This document shows, piece by piece, positions 30,480 to 41,546 of a stretch of DNA of 64,000 nucleotides. The stretch covers positions 1-64,000 of the forward strand of contig JAZUQR010000021.1 of assembly GCA_045605805.1 (NCBI GenBank), in the 5' to 3' direction. The notes under the pieces are model-generated. The model worked only from the letters and a program-made list of their open reading frames with translations, was not told where the DNA came from and searched no databases. Within the stretch, counting starts at the first letter, position 1. The number at the start of each line of letters is the position of its first letter. This DNA is from Alphaproteobacteria bacterium. GTDB lineage: Bacteria > Pseudomonadota > Alphaproteobacteria > CAAHEQ01 > UBA3637. Made by a program: the position numbers and the translations under genes.

Positions 30480-32048
30480 TTACAATTCAATCTTCTCTGG
30501 ATGTTTCATTTTAATCCAAGCCATTATTATGATTTTTGACACGCAGATAGCAGCAAACAGCGTGCTGATTAGCCCTAATCCCAAAGTCACGCCAAAGCCA
30601 CGCACAGGACCCGAGCCCAGCCAGAACAAGAACAAAGCGGCAAATAATGTGGTCAACTGACCATCAAAAATTGCCCCAAACGAGCCGGCATAACCACGCA
30701 TCAACACATCTTTTGGCACACTCACGCCATGCATTTTTTCTTCTTTCATTCTTTCAAAGATAATAATATTTGCATCCACAGCCATACCAACGGTTAAAGC
30801 AATACCGGCCAAACCAGGCAATGTCAATGTGGCCCCCAAAAGACTGAGCAAGGCCAACAAAATCATCCCGTTTGCCAGCAAAGCCAAATCGGCCACGATT
30901 CCGAACCAGCCGTACACAAGAATCATAAAAATAAAGACCATGGACAGACCAATTAAACAGGCTGTTGTACCGGCTTTAATTGAATCTTCTCCCAAACCGG
31001 CACCAACCACACGTTCTTCGGCCACAATCAATGGCGCAGGCAAGGCTCCAGAACGCAACAGCAAGGCCAAATCATTGGCTGTTTGAACCGTGAAATTACC
31101 GGTAATCACTCCTTTTCCGCCTGTGATTGGCGTATTGATTGTCGGTGCGCTGATGACTTTACCGTCTAACACAATGGCCAAACGGTTGCCAACATTTTCT
31201 CGGGTTGCGTTTCCAAACTTTTTGGCACCGGCACTTTTGAAACTGAACGAAACAGCCGGATTGCCGTTTTCATCATAAGTTGCACGAGAATCTTCCAAAC
31301 TTTCGCCGCCAACAACAACGGCCCGTTTCAATACAATATATCCTGTTTCCTCACCGGAGACCAACATAGAGTCGGCCGACAGCTTACCCATTTGGGCCAT
31401 TTGAGGTGTTGTTTCTTCATCCACCAAATGGAATGTCATTTTGGCGGTTTTTCCCATTAAAGCCTTGATTTCGGCCGGATCTTGAACTCCTGGCAATTGA
31501 ATGACAATGCGGTCATCCCCTTGTTGTTGAATCAATGGCTCTTTTGTTCCCAATTCATCAATGCGCTTGCGCACAATTTCCAACGATTGTTGAACAGCTT
31601 GGTTTTTCAAAGCAGCCAACGCTTCGTCAGTGTATGCCACTTTGATTGTTTCGCCTTGTGTTGTAATATCCAAAGCCACATTTTCTTGTTTGCGAACAAT
31701 TTCACGGGCGTCATTGACTTGAGCCACATTTAACACTTTGAAAGTTAAAGCATCATCCGCCACTTTCAAACCAGAAAAACGCACTTTTCCTTCACGCAGT
31801 GCAGAACGGGACAAATCCGCCAAACTTTCCAATTTTTCATTGACCAGTGTTGTGGTATCCACCTCCATCACCAGATATGACCCTCCTTGTAAATCCAAAC
31901 CTAATGTGACAGGTTTCCACCAAGATTTCATATTGGATGGTATTTGATTATACATTTCTTTTGGTAAGAAATTCGGCAATGCAAAAAACAATCCCAACAC
32001 CAACACAGCACAGATGATGGCTGTTTTTACTTTTGAATATCCAAACAT
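30480..32048 (-). CDS. secD: Protein translocase subunit SecD
   Basis: LGLDLQGG, RIDELG, LRSGALP, GMAVDAN. Confidence 0.96.
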   Translation of the reverse strand: MFGYSKVKTAIICAVLVLGLFFALPNFLPKEMYNQIPSNMKSWWKPVTLGLDLQGGSYLVMEVDTTTLVNEKLESLADLSRSALREGKVRFSGLKVADDALTFKVLNVAQVNDAREIVRKQENVALDITTQGETIKVAYTDEALAALKNQAVQQSLEIVRKRIDELGTKEPLIQQQGDDRIVIQLPGVQDPAEIKALMGKTAKMTFHLVDEETTPQMAQMGKLSADSMLVSGEETGYIVLKRAVVVGGESLEDSRATYDENGNPAVSFSFKSAGAKKFGNATRENVGNRLAIVLDGKVISAPTINTPITGGKGVITGNFTVQTANDLALLLRSGALPAPLIVAEERVVGAGLGEDSIKAGTTACLIGLSMVFIFMILVYGWFGIVADLALLANGMILLALLSLLGATLTLPGLAGIALTVGMAVDANIIIFERMKEEKMHGVSVPKDVLMRGYAGSFGAIFDGQLTTLFAALFLFWLGSGPVRGFGVTLGLGLISTLFAAICVSKIIIMAWIKMKHPEKIEL

Positions 32049-32052
32049 TCTT

Positions 32053-32388
32053 TTATCCTTTCTTTGACACTTCGTCTTCGTTAAACAGAACCTGCGTCAC
32101 ATATGGACGCAACACTTTAATCTCAACCCCATTGGCAATTTCAACCGTCAATTCAAGCGGTTCTACTTTTACCACTTTCCCAATAATACCGGATACATTT
32201 ACATGTACACCTTTGACGATAGCATTCAACTCGGCTTCGTGTTTTTTATAGCGTTTTTGTTGCGGACGAATCATTAAAAAATAAACTATAACTAAAATCA
32301 ACGCAAACTGGATTACCATAGTAGACATATCCCCTGTGGCTGAGGGAACGGCTTCGGCTATTTGTGCCATTGCAGATGTAATAAACAT
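32053..32388 (-). CDS. yajC: Preprotein translocase subunit YajC
   Basis: YFLMIRPQQKR; directly upstream of secD. Confidence 0.93.
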   Translation of the reverse strand: MFITSAMAQIAEAVPSATGDMSTMVIQFALILVIVYFLMIRPQQKRYKKHEAELNAIVKGVHVNVSGIIGKVVKVEPLELTVEIANGVEIKVLRPYVTQVLFNEDEVSKKG

Positions 32389-32513
32389 AAGTCACTCCTT
32401 TTTTATATCTAGACACTATAACTATTTTTTTACAAAAAGCAAGTTTTTTTTCTTTTTCTTGACAAGATTCAAAAAAAAATGTAGTTTTAAGGGACTGTAA
32501 GAAAGGATAGAAC

Positions 32514-32969
32514 ATGCGTTTGATTGTGGAATATCTTGAAAATTATGATAAAAATTGGGATAGATTGGCTTATGCTCATCCCGATGATGCTGGCTTTGAT
32601 TTGCGGGCTGCTATTCAAGATGATATTGTTTTGAAACCCATGGAAAAAGTTATTGTGCCGAACGGTGTTCGCTTTCAAATTGTTAGCGAGTCCAATTTAT
32701 GGGAGATTCAATTGCGCCCTCGTTCCGGCTTGGCGGCAAAGTATGGTCTTTCCGTTGTTAATGCCCCTGGAACGATTGATTATGGCTATCGGGGCGAAGT
32801 AAAAACTATTTTAATCAACTTGGGACAAGAAGATTTTGTCCTTCATGCGGGTGACAGGATTGCTCAGGCCGTTGTTTGTCCAATTGGACGGCCAGACATT
32901 CTCTCTGGCACTGTGACAGACAACACAGACCGCAGTTCGGGCGGTTTTGGTTCTACAGGAGGAAAATAA
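32514..32969 (+). CDS. dut: dUTP diphosphatase
   Basis: AGFDL, RPRSGLA, GTIDYGYRGE, DRIAQ, GGFGSTG. Confidence 0.96.
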   Translation: MRLIVEYLENYDKNWDRLAYAHPDDAGFDLRAAIQDDIVLKPMEKVIVPNGVRFQIVSESNLWEIQLRPRSGLAAKYGLSVVNAPGTIDYGYRGEVKTILINLGQEDFVLHAGDRIAQAVVCPIGRPDILSGTVTDNTDRSSGGFGSTGGK

Positions 32970-33946
32970 TGAAAAAATTAAAAATAAACTATTATGATTT
33001 TGGTAAAAATTTTAATGCCGAAAATCATTATTTTACAAAACTTTTGCGCACCAAATATGATGTAGAGATTTCCAATGAACCTGACTATATTTTCTATACT
33101 GTTTTTGGCAATAAACACCACGCTTTTGACGGTATCCGCATTTTTTGGACTGGGGAACAAATGTGTCCAAATTTCAACTTATGTGACTACGCTTTTGGGC
33201 ATAGTTATCTAACATTTGAAGACAGATATATGCGCTTTCCTCTTTGGGCTTTAGGAAAAGGCAACATTGAACAATCCTTGCATCGTCTTGATAATATGAC
33301 GGACAAACAATTGCTGGACAGAAAATTTTGTTGTGCTGTATTAGGTAATGGCACTCAAACAGATGGCGCCCGCCCAAGGATGTTGGAATTGTTAGAGCAG
33401 TATAAAACTGTGGATTACGGTGGCAAATATCACAATACCGTTGGTCGTATTTACCCACCGTCTGAAAAAGTAGGTTTTCAAAGAGACTATAAATTCTCTA
33501 TTGCCTTTGAGAATACTTATTGTTCTGGCTACACTATGGAAAAATTAGTTGATTCTTTTGCTTCACAACATATTCCTTTATATTATGGTAATCCTCGTGT
33601 AGCAGAAGAATTTAATCCCAAAGCCTTTATCAATGCGCATGATTTTAATTCATTAGAAGAAATGATGGATTATGTGAAGAAGGTGGATGAAGATGACGAA
33701 CTGTATTTATCAATTATGCGTGAACCGGTTTTCCAACCGGGGGCGTTAGACGCTGTATCAGATGAAAAAGTATTGGCGTTTTTAAGCCACATTTTTGATC
33801 AACCGTATGAACAGGCACGTCGTCGTTTTTATGCAAAACCTTATACTGATACCGATATTTATCGTCTCAAACAACGGGATATCAACGATATTTTTAAGGC
33901 TTATTTGAAACGAACATTACATTTGCCACATAAAAAGAAAGGATAA
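32969..33946 (+). CDS. GT10 alpha-1,3-fucosyltransferase-like protein
   Basis: RIFWTGE..PNFNLCDYA, YKFSIAFEN...GYTMEK, IPLYYG, FNPKAFIN. Confidence 0.88.
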   Translation: MKKLKINYYDFGKNFNAENHYFTKLLRTKYDVEISNEPDYIFYTVFGNKHHAFDGIRIFWTGEQMCPNFNLCDYAFGHSYLTFEDRYMRFPLWALGKGNIEQSLHRLDNMTDKQLLDRKFCCAVLGNGTQTDGARPRMLELLEQYKTVDYGGKYHNTVGRIYPPSEKVGFQRDYKFSIAFENTYCSGYTMEKLVDSFASQHIPLYYGNPRVAEEFNPKAFINAHDFNSLEEMMDYVKKVDEDDELYLSIMREPVFQPGALDAVSDEKVLAFLSHIFDQPYEQARRRFYAKPYTDTDIYRLKQRDINDIFKAYLKRTLHLPHKKKG

Positions 33947-33953
33947 GAAAAAA

Positions 33954-35627
33954 ATGGCTTCCTATCAATATATTTATGTTATGAAAGATTTAAGCAAAAC
34001 CTTCCCTGGCGGAAAAGAGGTTTTGAAACATATTTGGCTTAGCTTTTTCCCTGGGGCCAAGATTGGCGTCATTGGCCCAAACGGTGCCGGTAAATCTACC
34101 CTGATGAAGATTATGGCGGGGCTAGATGATAACTTTACTGGCGAGGCTTGGCCTGCCGAGGGTGTGAAAGTTGGCTATTTGCCCCAAGAACCACAACTGG
34201 ACCCCACCAAAACGGTTATGGAAAATGTAATGGATGGGGTTGGCGAAGTGCGTGATTTAATGAAGCGTTGGGAGGAAGTGAACAATGCTTTTGCCGATCC
34301 GGATGCTGATATGGACAAGCTGTTGGCAGAACAGGCCGAACTTCAAGAAAAAATTGATGCCGTTGGCGGTTGGGATTTTGAACGCAATGTGGAAATTGCC
34401 ATGGATGCTTTGCGTTGTCCCCCTGGTGATTGGGATGTGACAAAGCTGTCTGGTGGTGAAAAACGGCGGGTGGCATTATGCCGTTTGCTTTTATCCAAGC
34501 CGGATATGCTTTTGCTTGACGAACCCACAAACCACTTGGATGCCGAATCGGTAGCGTGGTTGCAAATCTATTTGAAAAATTACACCGGTACAGTTGTGAT
34601 GATTACACACGACCGTTATTTCTTGGATAATGTGACAGGTTGGATTTTGGAAATGGATCGGGGTGAAGGCATTCCTCATGAAGGCAACTATACCAGTTGG
34701 TTAGAGGCCAAAGCCAAGCGTTTGGAAATTGAACAAAATGCCGAAGACAAGCGACAAAAAACTTTGAAAGAAGAATTGGAATGGGTGCGCTCTAATCCAA
34801 AAGCACGACAGGCAAAGTCAAAGGCTCGTATTACTGCTTATGAAGAACTTTTGAAAAAGTCCAACGAAAAAGTACCGGACATCGCTCAGATTGTCATTCC
34901 TGCCGGCCCTCGTTTGGGTGATTTAGTGTTGAAGGCGGATAACTTGAAAAAATCCTTTGGCGACAAATTGTTGTTTGAAAATCTGAACTTTAACCTGCCT
35001 GCCGGTGGCATTGTGGGTGTGATTGGACCAAACGGTGCAGGGAAGACAACCTTGATGCGCATTATTACAGGGCAAGAAAAACCTGATGAAGGCACTTTCC
35101 GTGTGGGAGAGACCGTTCAATTGGGCTATGTGGATCAAAGCCGAGATGCCTTGAATGACAACAATACTGTATGGCAAGAAATTTCTGGCGGGAATGATAT
35201 GTTGCTGCTTGGCAAGCGAGAAGTTTCCAGTCGGGCCTATGTGGCACAGTTCAACTTTAAGGGGGGCGATCAGCAAAAGAAAGTTGGTCAACTCTCTGGT
35301 GGTGAACGCAATCGGGTGCATATGGCCAAGATGTTAAAATCAGGGGCAAATGTCTTGTTGCTTGACGAACCGACCAATGATTTGGATGTGGATACCTTGC
35401 GTGCTTTGGAAGAAGCCCTGATGGATTTCCCTGGGTGTGCGGTGATTACCAGCCACGACCGTTGGTTTTTGGACAGGCTGGCCACGCATATTTTGGCCTT
35501 TGAGGGCGACAGTCAGGTTGTGTGGTTTGAAGGCAACTATGAAGAATATGAAGCCGATCGCAAACGGCGTTTAGGGATTGATGCCGACCAACCACATCGC
35601 ATTAAATATAAACCGATTGAGAGATAA
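33954..35627 (+). CDS. ettA: Energy-dependent translational throttle ABC-F protein
   Basis: LSFFPGAKIG, two ABC domains, HRIKYKP terminus. Confidence 0.96.
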   Translation: MASYQYIYVMKDLSKTFPGGKEVLKHIWLSFFPGAKIGVIGPNGAGKSTLMKIMAGLDDNFTGEAWPAEGVKVGYLPQEPQLDPTKTVMENVMDGVGEVRDLMKRWEEVNNAFADPDADMDKLLAEQAELQEKIDAVGGWDFERNVEIAMDALRCPPGDWDVTKLSGGEKRRVALCRLLLSKPDMLLLDEPTNHLDAESVAWLQIYLKNYTGTVVMITHDRYFLDNVTGWILEMDRGEGIPHEGNYTSWLEAKAKRLEIEQNAEDKRQKTLKEELEWVRSNPKARQAKSKARITAYEELLKKSNEKVPDIAQIVIPAGPRLGDLVLKADNLKKSFGDKLLFENLNFNLPAGGIVGVIGPNGAGKTTLMRIITGQEKPDEGTFRVGETVQLGYVDQSRDALNDNNTVWQEISGGNDMLLLGKREVSSRAYVAQFNFKGGDQQKKVGQLSGGERNRVHMAKMLKSGANVLLLDEPTNDLDVDTLRALEEALMDFPGCAVITSHDRWFLDRLATHILAFEGDSQVVWFEGNYEEYEADRKRRLGIDADQPHRIKYKPIER

Positions 35628-35686
35628 GTACATTCTTTCTTAACAAAAATCCCCCGATTTTGGGTCGGGGGAAGAAAAAAGGTGTG

Positions 35687-36277
35687 TTATTTTTGATTTT
35701 TATCGGTTTTATCCGGATGTAAAAAAATAAAAATCCTATCCAGCAAACTGTAATGCAATTTATCATCCAAGCCTTTGCCATTGCCCAGCGAGCGTTTGTT
35801 TTTCTTTTGTTTTTGCTGCAATTTATCATCCAAGCCTTTGCCATTGCCCAGAGAGCGTTTGTTTTTCTTTTTGGCTTGCTGCAATTTATCATCCAAGCCT
35901 TTGCCGTTGCCCAGCGAGCGTTTATCAGACACAGCCTTCTGTTCTAAACTGTGTTTTTCTTGTTCGTCCATGATAGAGAATACCACTTCAACATTTGGCT
36001 TTTGTTTTTTCAGTTCGTGAACCCGCAACAATTGAGCTGGTGTTAAATCCATTTTTGAAAAGTCCAAAACAGTCAATTTATCCTCTTGGGCTTTGTGAAT
36101 CATTTCATCAAACTCTTGTTTTTCCAACTCCTTTGCTTGGAAAAAAGTCAGTTCATGAGTTGATTGTTGTGTTGGATTCTGTTTTGTTTTTTGTTCTTTT
36201 GTTTCCATAACAGGCATTTTTGTTTTTGAAGGCATCTGCTGTGTTATCTGATTGTTTACATGCATAGACTTTTTCAT
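35687..36277 (-). CDS. Hypothetical Lys/Gln-rich protein with three 21-aa repeats
   Basis: Start MKKSMH after AAGGAG; KRSLGNGKGLDDKL x3. Confidence 0.7.
   Translation of the reverse strand: MKKSMHVNNQITQQMPSKTKMPVMETKEQKTKQNPTQQSTHELTFFQAKELEKQEFDEMIHKAQEDKLTVLDFSKMDLTPAQLLRVHELKKQKPNVEVVFSIMDEQEKHSLEQKAVSDKRSLGNGKGLDDKLQQAKKKNKRSLGNGKGLDDKLQQKQKKNKRSLGNGKGLDDKLHYSLLDRIFIFLHPDKTDKNQK
35754..35923. repeat. 63-bp tandem repeat, ~2.7 copies
   Basis: tgcaatttatcatccaagcctttgcc starts at 35754, 35817, 35880. Confidence 0.92.
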
Positions 36278-36428
36278 ATTCTTCTCTCCTTTTCTTTCTA
36301 ATAGCTTTATCATACAAAAGTTTTGAAAAAAAATCAATAAAAATATAAAAAAAGTATTGCATTTCAAAAAAAAACGATTTAGACTTACTTTTGACGAGGT
36401 TGATTTTAACTTAAATAAGGAGAACTAA

Positions 36429-37034
36429 ATGAAAAAGGGACTTGTAATTTTGGGGGCTATGGCACTTTCCGCTTGTACCGTTGGTTTTGAATCAAACATT
36501 GATAAAGCCGAAGAAATTCGGGAACAAAGCATTGCTCAACGACATCAAACGGCTGGCTGTACTTTTGTGCGTGACCATGAATCTTACAAAAACTGTTTAA
36601 TCAATACGTACAATTTGAACTCACCAGCCACCTATTCCACCACCACGATGAATGACGGTCGGCCTGTGGCAGTGGTCACTAATATCGCAAGCTCAACCGC
36701 ACAAACTGCCTGTGGCTTGCAACCGATTCCTAAAACAGAAAAATATGAATGGGCTGCGCCTACCACAACTTCTCAGGTGCATACCGTTGAAACCGTTTGC
36801 CAAAAACAATTTCAACCTCAACAGACTGTGATTCAAACCGTTGAACAGCCTTTGGAACAACCTAAGCCAGAGGTGATTTTTGTGCAACCTGAACAAGAAA
36901 CGATTGTGGCAGAAACTGTGGTAGATTCTGAACCAGAATTGATCGATGCGGAGCTTTGGGCGCAAGCAGAGGAAGAATTAAAGTGTCCTTGTGAAGATCC
37001 AAATGATCCTTGCACACATTGTTATGATAAATAA
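36429..37034 (+). CDS. Hypothetical lipoprotein
   Basis: Lipobox LSAC; C-terminal CPC...CTHC. Confidence 0.75.
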   Translation: MKKGLVILGAMALSACTVGFESNIDKAEEIREQSIAQRHQTAGCTFVRDHESYKNCLINTYNLNSPATYSTTTMNDGRPVAVVTNIASSTAQTACGLQPIPKTEKYEWAAPTTTSQVHTVETVCQKQFQPQQTVIQTVEQPLEQPKPEVIFVQPEQETIVAETVVDSEPELIDAELWAQAEEELKCPCEDPNDPCTHCYDK

Positions 37035-37049
37035 AAAAAGGAGGAAATC

Positions 37050-37541
37050 ATGAAAAAATTACTTACTCTCACAGCAACTGCTTTATTGTTGACAGCCTGT
37101 GCTGGCACACAAAACGGGGCCGAACTTTACGGCAACGGACAAGGCGGGTGGCAAGAAGATGTCAACATTACTGATTTGACAGAAACAACACTAACCAAGA
37201 AAATGAAACAAACTGGCTCTGATGTTGTGTATTTCAGCTTTAACGCTTCTTCTTTGGACAATGTTGCGAAAGCCACTTTGAAGGCGCAAGCCGAATGGTT
37301 GAAACAAAATCCAACTGCTTTGGTTGTGATTGAAGGCCGTTGTGACGAACGAGGCACCCGTGAATATAACCTTGCTTTGGGCGATCAACGGGCAAATGCT
37401 GCTCGCAACTATTTGATGGCTCAGGGCGTTGAACCTGCTCGCATTCGTACCATTTCCTATGGCAAAGATAAACCTGTGGTGTTGGGTTCGGATGAAGACG
37501 CATGGGCGAAAAACAGAAACGCCACAACTGTTGCCTATTAA
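37050..37541 (+). CDS. pal: Peptidoglycan-associated lipoprotein
   Basis: Lipobox LTAC; EGRCDERGTREYNLALG, ISYGK, NR. Confidence 0.93.
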   Translation: MKKLLTLTATALLLTACAGTQNGAELYGNGQGGWQEDVNITDLTETTLTKKMKQTGSDVVYFSFNASSLDNVAKATLKAQAEWLKQNPTALVVIEGRCDERGTREYNLALGDQRANAARNYLMAQGVEPARIRTISYGKDKPVVLGSDEDAWAKNRNATTVAY

Positions 37542-37612
37542 AAAAATACTTGTAATCTTTTTACCTTCCTTGTATAATGCAGGGAAGGTTTTTTATTTGA
37601 AAGGGAGAAAAC

Positions 37613-38374
37613 ATGAAATACTGCTTATTTATCTTAGGCCTTTTGTCTGCCACCATTGTTCAAGCACAAGATCTTGTTTTGGAAGAAATCCCCTTGGAAG
37701 CACCTCATCCAGAGAGAACTCAGGACACAAAACTTTCCGACACTGATGTATCAACACAAACAACTCAGGCCTCTTTTTCCTTACAGAAAAGCATTTCCTA
37801 TGATGATTTGTACACACTTTTGGACAGCCAGACAAAAACTCTGCAAGAGCTGACCGCACGCTTGGAACAAGCAGAACATACCCTTAAAATGACCGAAGAA
37901 AAACTGGAACGCATCAATCAGGACATCGCCTTTCGCTTGACCGAACTTGAAAATAAGGCCAATACTGCCCCTGTTGTCATTGACAAAAACTCGGATAAAG
38001 AACGATATGATTATGCATACAGCCTTTTGAAAGACCAAAAATACCTCCAAGCTGAAACCGAGTTTTTATCTTTTATCAAAGACTTTGAAAGCTCGCCTTT
38101 CTTACCGAATGCGCTTTACTGGTTGGGCGAAACTTACTATACACAACAGCAATTTGAAAAATCTGTTGGGCCGTTTGCGGATGTTTTCACAAAGCACCAG
38201 ACATCCCACAAAGCACCGGATGCTTTGTTAAAAATGGGCTTAGCGATGATTGCTTTGGATAAAAAGACAGAAGCCTGCACGGCATTTATTGCTTTACCAA
38301 ATGAATATCCGAAGGCAGAACAATCTTTATTGAATCGTGCAAAAGAAGAAGCGCAAAAAAATCAATGTTTGTAA
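37613..38374 (+). CDS. cpoB: Tol-Pal associated TPR protein CpoB/YbgF
   Basis: Signal peptide, coiled coil, NALYWLGETYY, KAPDALLKMG; follows pal. Confidence 0.9.
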   Translation: MKYCLFILGLLSATIVQAQDLVLEEIPLEAPHPERTQDTKLSDTDVSTQTTQASFSLQKSISYDDLYTLLDSQTKTLQELTARLEQAEHTLKMTEEKLERINQDIAFRLTELENKANTAPVVIDKNSDKERYDYAYSLLKDQKYLQAETEFLSFIKDFESSPFLPNALYWLGETYYTQQQFEKSVGPFADVFTKHQTSHKAPDALLKMGLAMIALDKKTEACTAFIALPNEYPKAEQSLLNRAKEEAQKNQCL

Positions 38375-39627
38375 TTCCCCAAGATATTTTAAGATTTTTG
38401 AATCATCTCCCGCTTGAAAAGGGGAAAATTATTGTTGGTGTTTCGGGGGGCGCAGACAGCCTTTATCTAACCTTTCTTTTGAATGAATGGTGTCAAACAA
38501 ACAAACATCAATTGATTGCTGTGACGGTGGATCATGCCTTGCGTGAAACTTCCCATCAAGAGGCTTGCTATGTTCACGAATTACTTGCTGAAAAAAATAT
38601 TCGGCATGAAACTTTGGTGTGGCATGGACCAAAACCCAAAATGAATGTGGAAGAAAAAGCCCGAGAAAAACGCTATGAGCTTTTGATTGATTTTTGTAAA
38701 AAGGAAAAGGCCTCGGCTTTATTTTTAGCCCATCATCAACAAGACCAAAGCGAAACCTTTTTAGCTCGGCTTGCACATGCCAGCGGATTAGACGGCCTGT
38801 GTGCTATTTCTGATATTTCTTGGCGAAATCAGATGATGGTGGTTCGGCCGCTGCTGAAAACCCCGAAATCTGTTATTTTGAAAACCCTTCAAAAGCATCA
38901 GATTCTGTGGGTAGAGGACCCTATGAATCAAGATATCGCCTATGAGCGAGTTCGGTGGCGCAAGAAACAGGTTGAATTGGCTGCGATGGGTTTAACTGGC
39001 GAACATATTGGCACTGTTGTCCAAAGAATGAAGCGGGCAAAAGAGGCTTTGGATTGTTTTACACAACAATTTTTAAGCCAATTTTTAAGGCGTTCTGCTT
39101 TTGGTTATTTAGAAATGGATGAAGCCTGTTTGAAGGCTCAGCCAGAGGAAATTCGCATCCGCAGCGTGTTGGCAATGTTTAAGTTGCTTTCCTTAAAAGA
39201 TAAACCCATTTCTTTGGAGGGGGTTGAACAGATTGCCCTGACCTGCCCCAAGCATGCCACTTTATCCGGATGTCAATGGGTTATCAGCCATAAAAAAATC
39301 TATCTTGCCTTAGAAGAAAAAGAGATTCAGCAAAATGTTTTCATTCCTGCGGGTCATTGGGTTCGCTGGGGGGCCATCCAGATTTATACAACCACTTCCT
39401 TTATGGCCAAAAGCAAAGCCCCCAGCCCTCGTGTGGTGGGCATCCCCTATTTGGTTCAACGCACTTTTTTACACATTCCCAAGGGTTTTCAGGTTATCCC
39501 TTTAATAAACACGCAAAAAGAACTTGAAAAAAAATTAAAAATAGCCTATAAAGACAAAACACAAACCATTCTTATCAAGTTTGATGAACAAAAGGAAAAA
39601 ATAAATGAAAAAATTAAAAGGATTTAA
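38365..39627 (+). CDS. tilS: tRNA(Ile)-lysidine synthetase
   Basis: [30 protein letters not shown]. Confidence 0.94.
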   Translation: MFVIPQDILRFLNHLPLEKGKIIVGVSGGADSLYLTFLLNEWCQTNKHQLIAVTVDHALRETSHQEACYVHELLAEKNIRHETLVWHGPKPKMNVEEKAREKRYELLIDFCKKEKASALFLAHHQQDQSETFLARLAHASGLDGLCAISDISWRNQMMVVRPLLKTPKSVILKTLQKHQILWVEDPMNQDIAYERVRWRKKQVELAAMGLTGEHIGTVVQRMKRAKEALDCFTQQFLSQFLRRSAFGYLEMDEACLKAQPEEIRIRSVLAMFKLLSLKDKPISLEGVEQIALTCPKHATLSGCQWVISHKKIYLALEEKEIQQNVFIPAGHWVRWGAIQIYTTTSFMAKSKAPSPRVVGIPYLVQRTFLHIPKGFQVIPLINTQKELEKKLKIAYKDKTQTILIKFDEQKEKINEKIKRI

Positions 39628-41482
39628 TAAGGGCTGGCTTATCTGGATGGCCTTGTTTGTCAGTGTTTTTGCTGTTTCTCAATTCAGTCAAAACCAAATT
39701 AAAATGGCTCAGCCGATTCCAGAATTGCCCTATTCCGAACTGGTGAAAAAAGTCAATGAGGGTGAAGTTTTTTCTGTGACAGTGACAGGTCAACATATTG
39801 AAGGGACAACCAAAGATTCAGAAAAATTCACAAGCTATATTCCAAATGATGCGCAAGTTGTGGCTCTGTTGGAAAAGAATCAAGTGACCATCAAGGCCCA
39901 ACCCGAACCCAAAGAAGATGGGTCTTTTTGGGCTGGACTTATGGGATGGTTGCCTATGTTGTTTTTCCTTTTTATTTGGATTATCATGATGAAGCAAATG
40001 GCAGCCAGCAACGGCAAGGCTTTAAGTTTTGGAAAGTCCAAAGCCAAACTTTTAACCGGCAAAGACAGTGTCACTTTTAAGGATGTGGCAGGCATTGAAG
40101 AAGCCAAACAAGAGCTGCAAGAAATTGTTGATTTTTTGAAATCACCCGTCAAGTTTCAACGCTTGGGCGGCAAAATACCCAAAGGGGTGTTGCTTGTTGG
40201 CCCTCCGGGGACAGGTAAGACTTTGCTTGCCAAGGCGATTGCCGGTGAAGCAGGCGTTCCTTTTTATTCCATTTCAGGTTCAGACTTTGTTGAAATGTTT
40301 GTGGGCGTTGGGGCTTCCCGTGTCAGAGATATGTTTGAACAAGCCAAGAAAACCTGCCCTTGCATTGTGTTTATGGACGAAATTGATGCTGTGGGGCGTC
40401 ATCGTGGAGCCGGCCTTGGGGGCGGAAATGATGAACGAGAACAGACCTTGAATCAGCTGTTGGTTGAAATGGATGGGTTTGAAACAAACAGCGGGATTAT
40501 TTTGATTGCTGCCACAAACCGGCCGGATGTGTTAGACCCTGCCCTGCTTCGTCCTGGTCGCTTTGACAGGCAAATTGTGGTGAACAATCCTGATGTGAAA
40601 GGGCGTGAAGATATCTTAAAGGTACATGTGCGCAAAGTGCCTTTGGCTCCGAATGTGCGTTTAGACATTTTGGCCCGAGGGACCCCAGGGTTTTCGGGGG
40701 CAGATTTGGCCAATCTTGTGAACGAAGCCGCTTTGTTGGCCGCCAGACGCAACAAGACCATGGTGACCATGAGTGAGTTTGAAGATGCCAAAGACAAAGT
40801 GATGATGGGAACAGAACGGCGCAGTTTAATGATGGATGACAAAGAAAAACGCATGACAGCCTATCACGAAGCCGGTCATGCCATTGTCTCATTGCATTTG
40901 CCGGAATCTGACCCCTTACACAAAGTGACGATTATTCCTCGTGGTCGGGCGTTGGGGGTGACCATGCAGTTGCCCGAAAAAGACAAGTATTCTCAAAGCA
41001 AAACCTATTTACAAAGCCGGTTGAGCATTTTGTTTGCCGGTCGGGTGGCCGAAGAAATGATTTTGGGCAAGGAAAAGGTTTCCACTGGGGCCAGTAATGA
41101 CATTCAAGTGGCCACAACCATTGCCCGCAGGATGGTGACCGAATGGGGGATGAGTCCTTTGGGGCCAATTGCTTTTGAAGAACCAGAAAGTGATGTGTTT
41201 TTGGGATACAGCATTGCCAAACGCAAAAATATGGCTGATCAAACGGCTTTACAGGTTGATAAGGCCATCAGCAATCTTGTTCAAAATGCTTATCGGCGCA
41301 CGCAAAACCTTTTACAACAACACAAAAAACAGTTGGATATTTTGGCCAACGGTTTAATGGAGTATGAAACTTTGTCTGGTGACGAAATTCAAAGTTTGTT
41401 GAAAGGAAAGAAAATTCGGCAGGATGAAAAAAAGGCTTCACACAAGAAACCTCGTTCCACGGTTCCGGAAGTGAAAAATTAA
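39605..41482 (+). CDS. ftsH: ATP-dependent zinc metalloprotease FtsH
   Basis: Two TMs, [27 protein letters not shown]. Confidence 0.98.
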   Translation: MKKLKGFNKGWLIWMALFVSVFAVSQFSQNQIKMAQPIPELPYSELVKKVNEGEVFSVTVTGQHIEGTTKDSEKFTSYIPNDAQVVALLEKNQVTIKAQPEPKEDGSFWAGLMGWLPMLFFLFIWIIMMKQMAASNGKALSFGKSKAKLLTGKDSVTFKDVAGIEEAKQELQEIVDFLKSPVKFQRLGGKIPKGVLLVGPPGTGKTLLAKAIAGEAGVPFYSISGSDFVEMFVGVGASRVRDMFEQAKKTCPCIVFMDEIDAVGRHRGAGLGGGNDEREQTLNQLLVEMDGFETNSGIILIAATNRPDVLDPALLRPGRFDRQIVVNNPDVKGREDILKVHVRKVPLAPNVRLDILARGTPGFSGADLANLVNEAALLAARRNKTMVTMSEFEDAKDKVMMGTERRSLMMDDKEKRMTAYHEAGHAIVSLHLPESDPLHKVTIIPRGRALGVTMQLPEKDKYSQSKTYLQSRLSILFAGRVAEEMILGKEKVSTGASNDIQVATTIARRMVTEWGMSPLGPIAFEEPESDVFLGYSIAKRKNMADQTALQVDKAISNLVQNAYRRTQNLLQQHKKQLDILANGLMEYETLSGDEIQSLLKGKKIRQDEKKASHKKPRSTVPEVKN

Positions 41483-41512
41483 ATCTTGCTTCAGATTTTT
41501 TTTAGGCATCAG

Positions 41513-41541
41513 AAAACCCCAAGGAAAGCCTTGGGGTTTTT
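41513..41541. terminator. Bidirectional terminator
   Basis: aaaaccccaagg-aaag-ccttggggtttt. Confidence 0.8.
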
Positions 41542-41546
41542 GGTTA

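Noticed and set aside
35644-35673. Hairpin aaaaatcccccg...tcgggggaag also found near 55303-55330, as a repeat family
   Set aside because: Short, loops differ, and both sit at gene ends; ordinary terminators explain them.
35754-35923. Regularly spaced repeats as a CRISPR array
   Set aside because: The intervening segments are similar to each other, the period is an in-frame 63 bp inside an ORF, and no cas genes are present.
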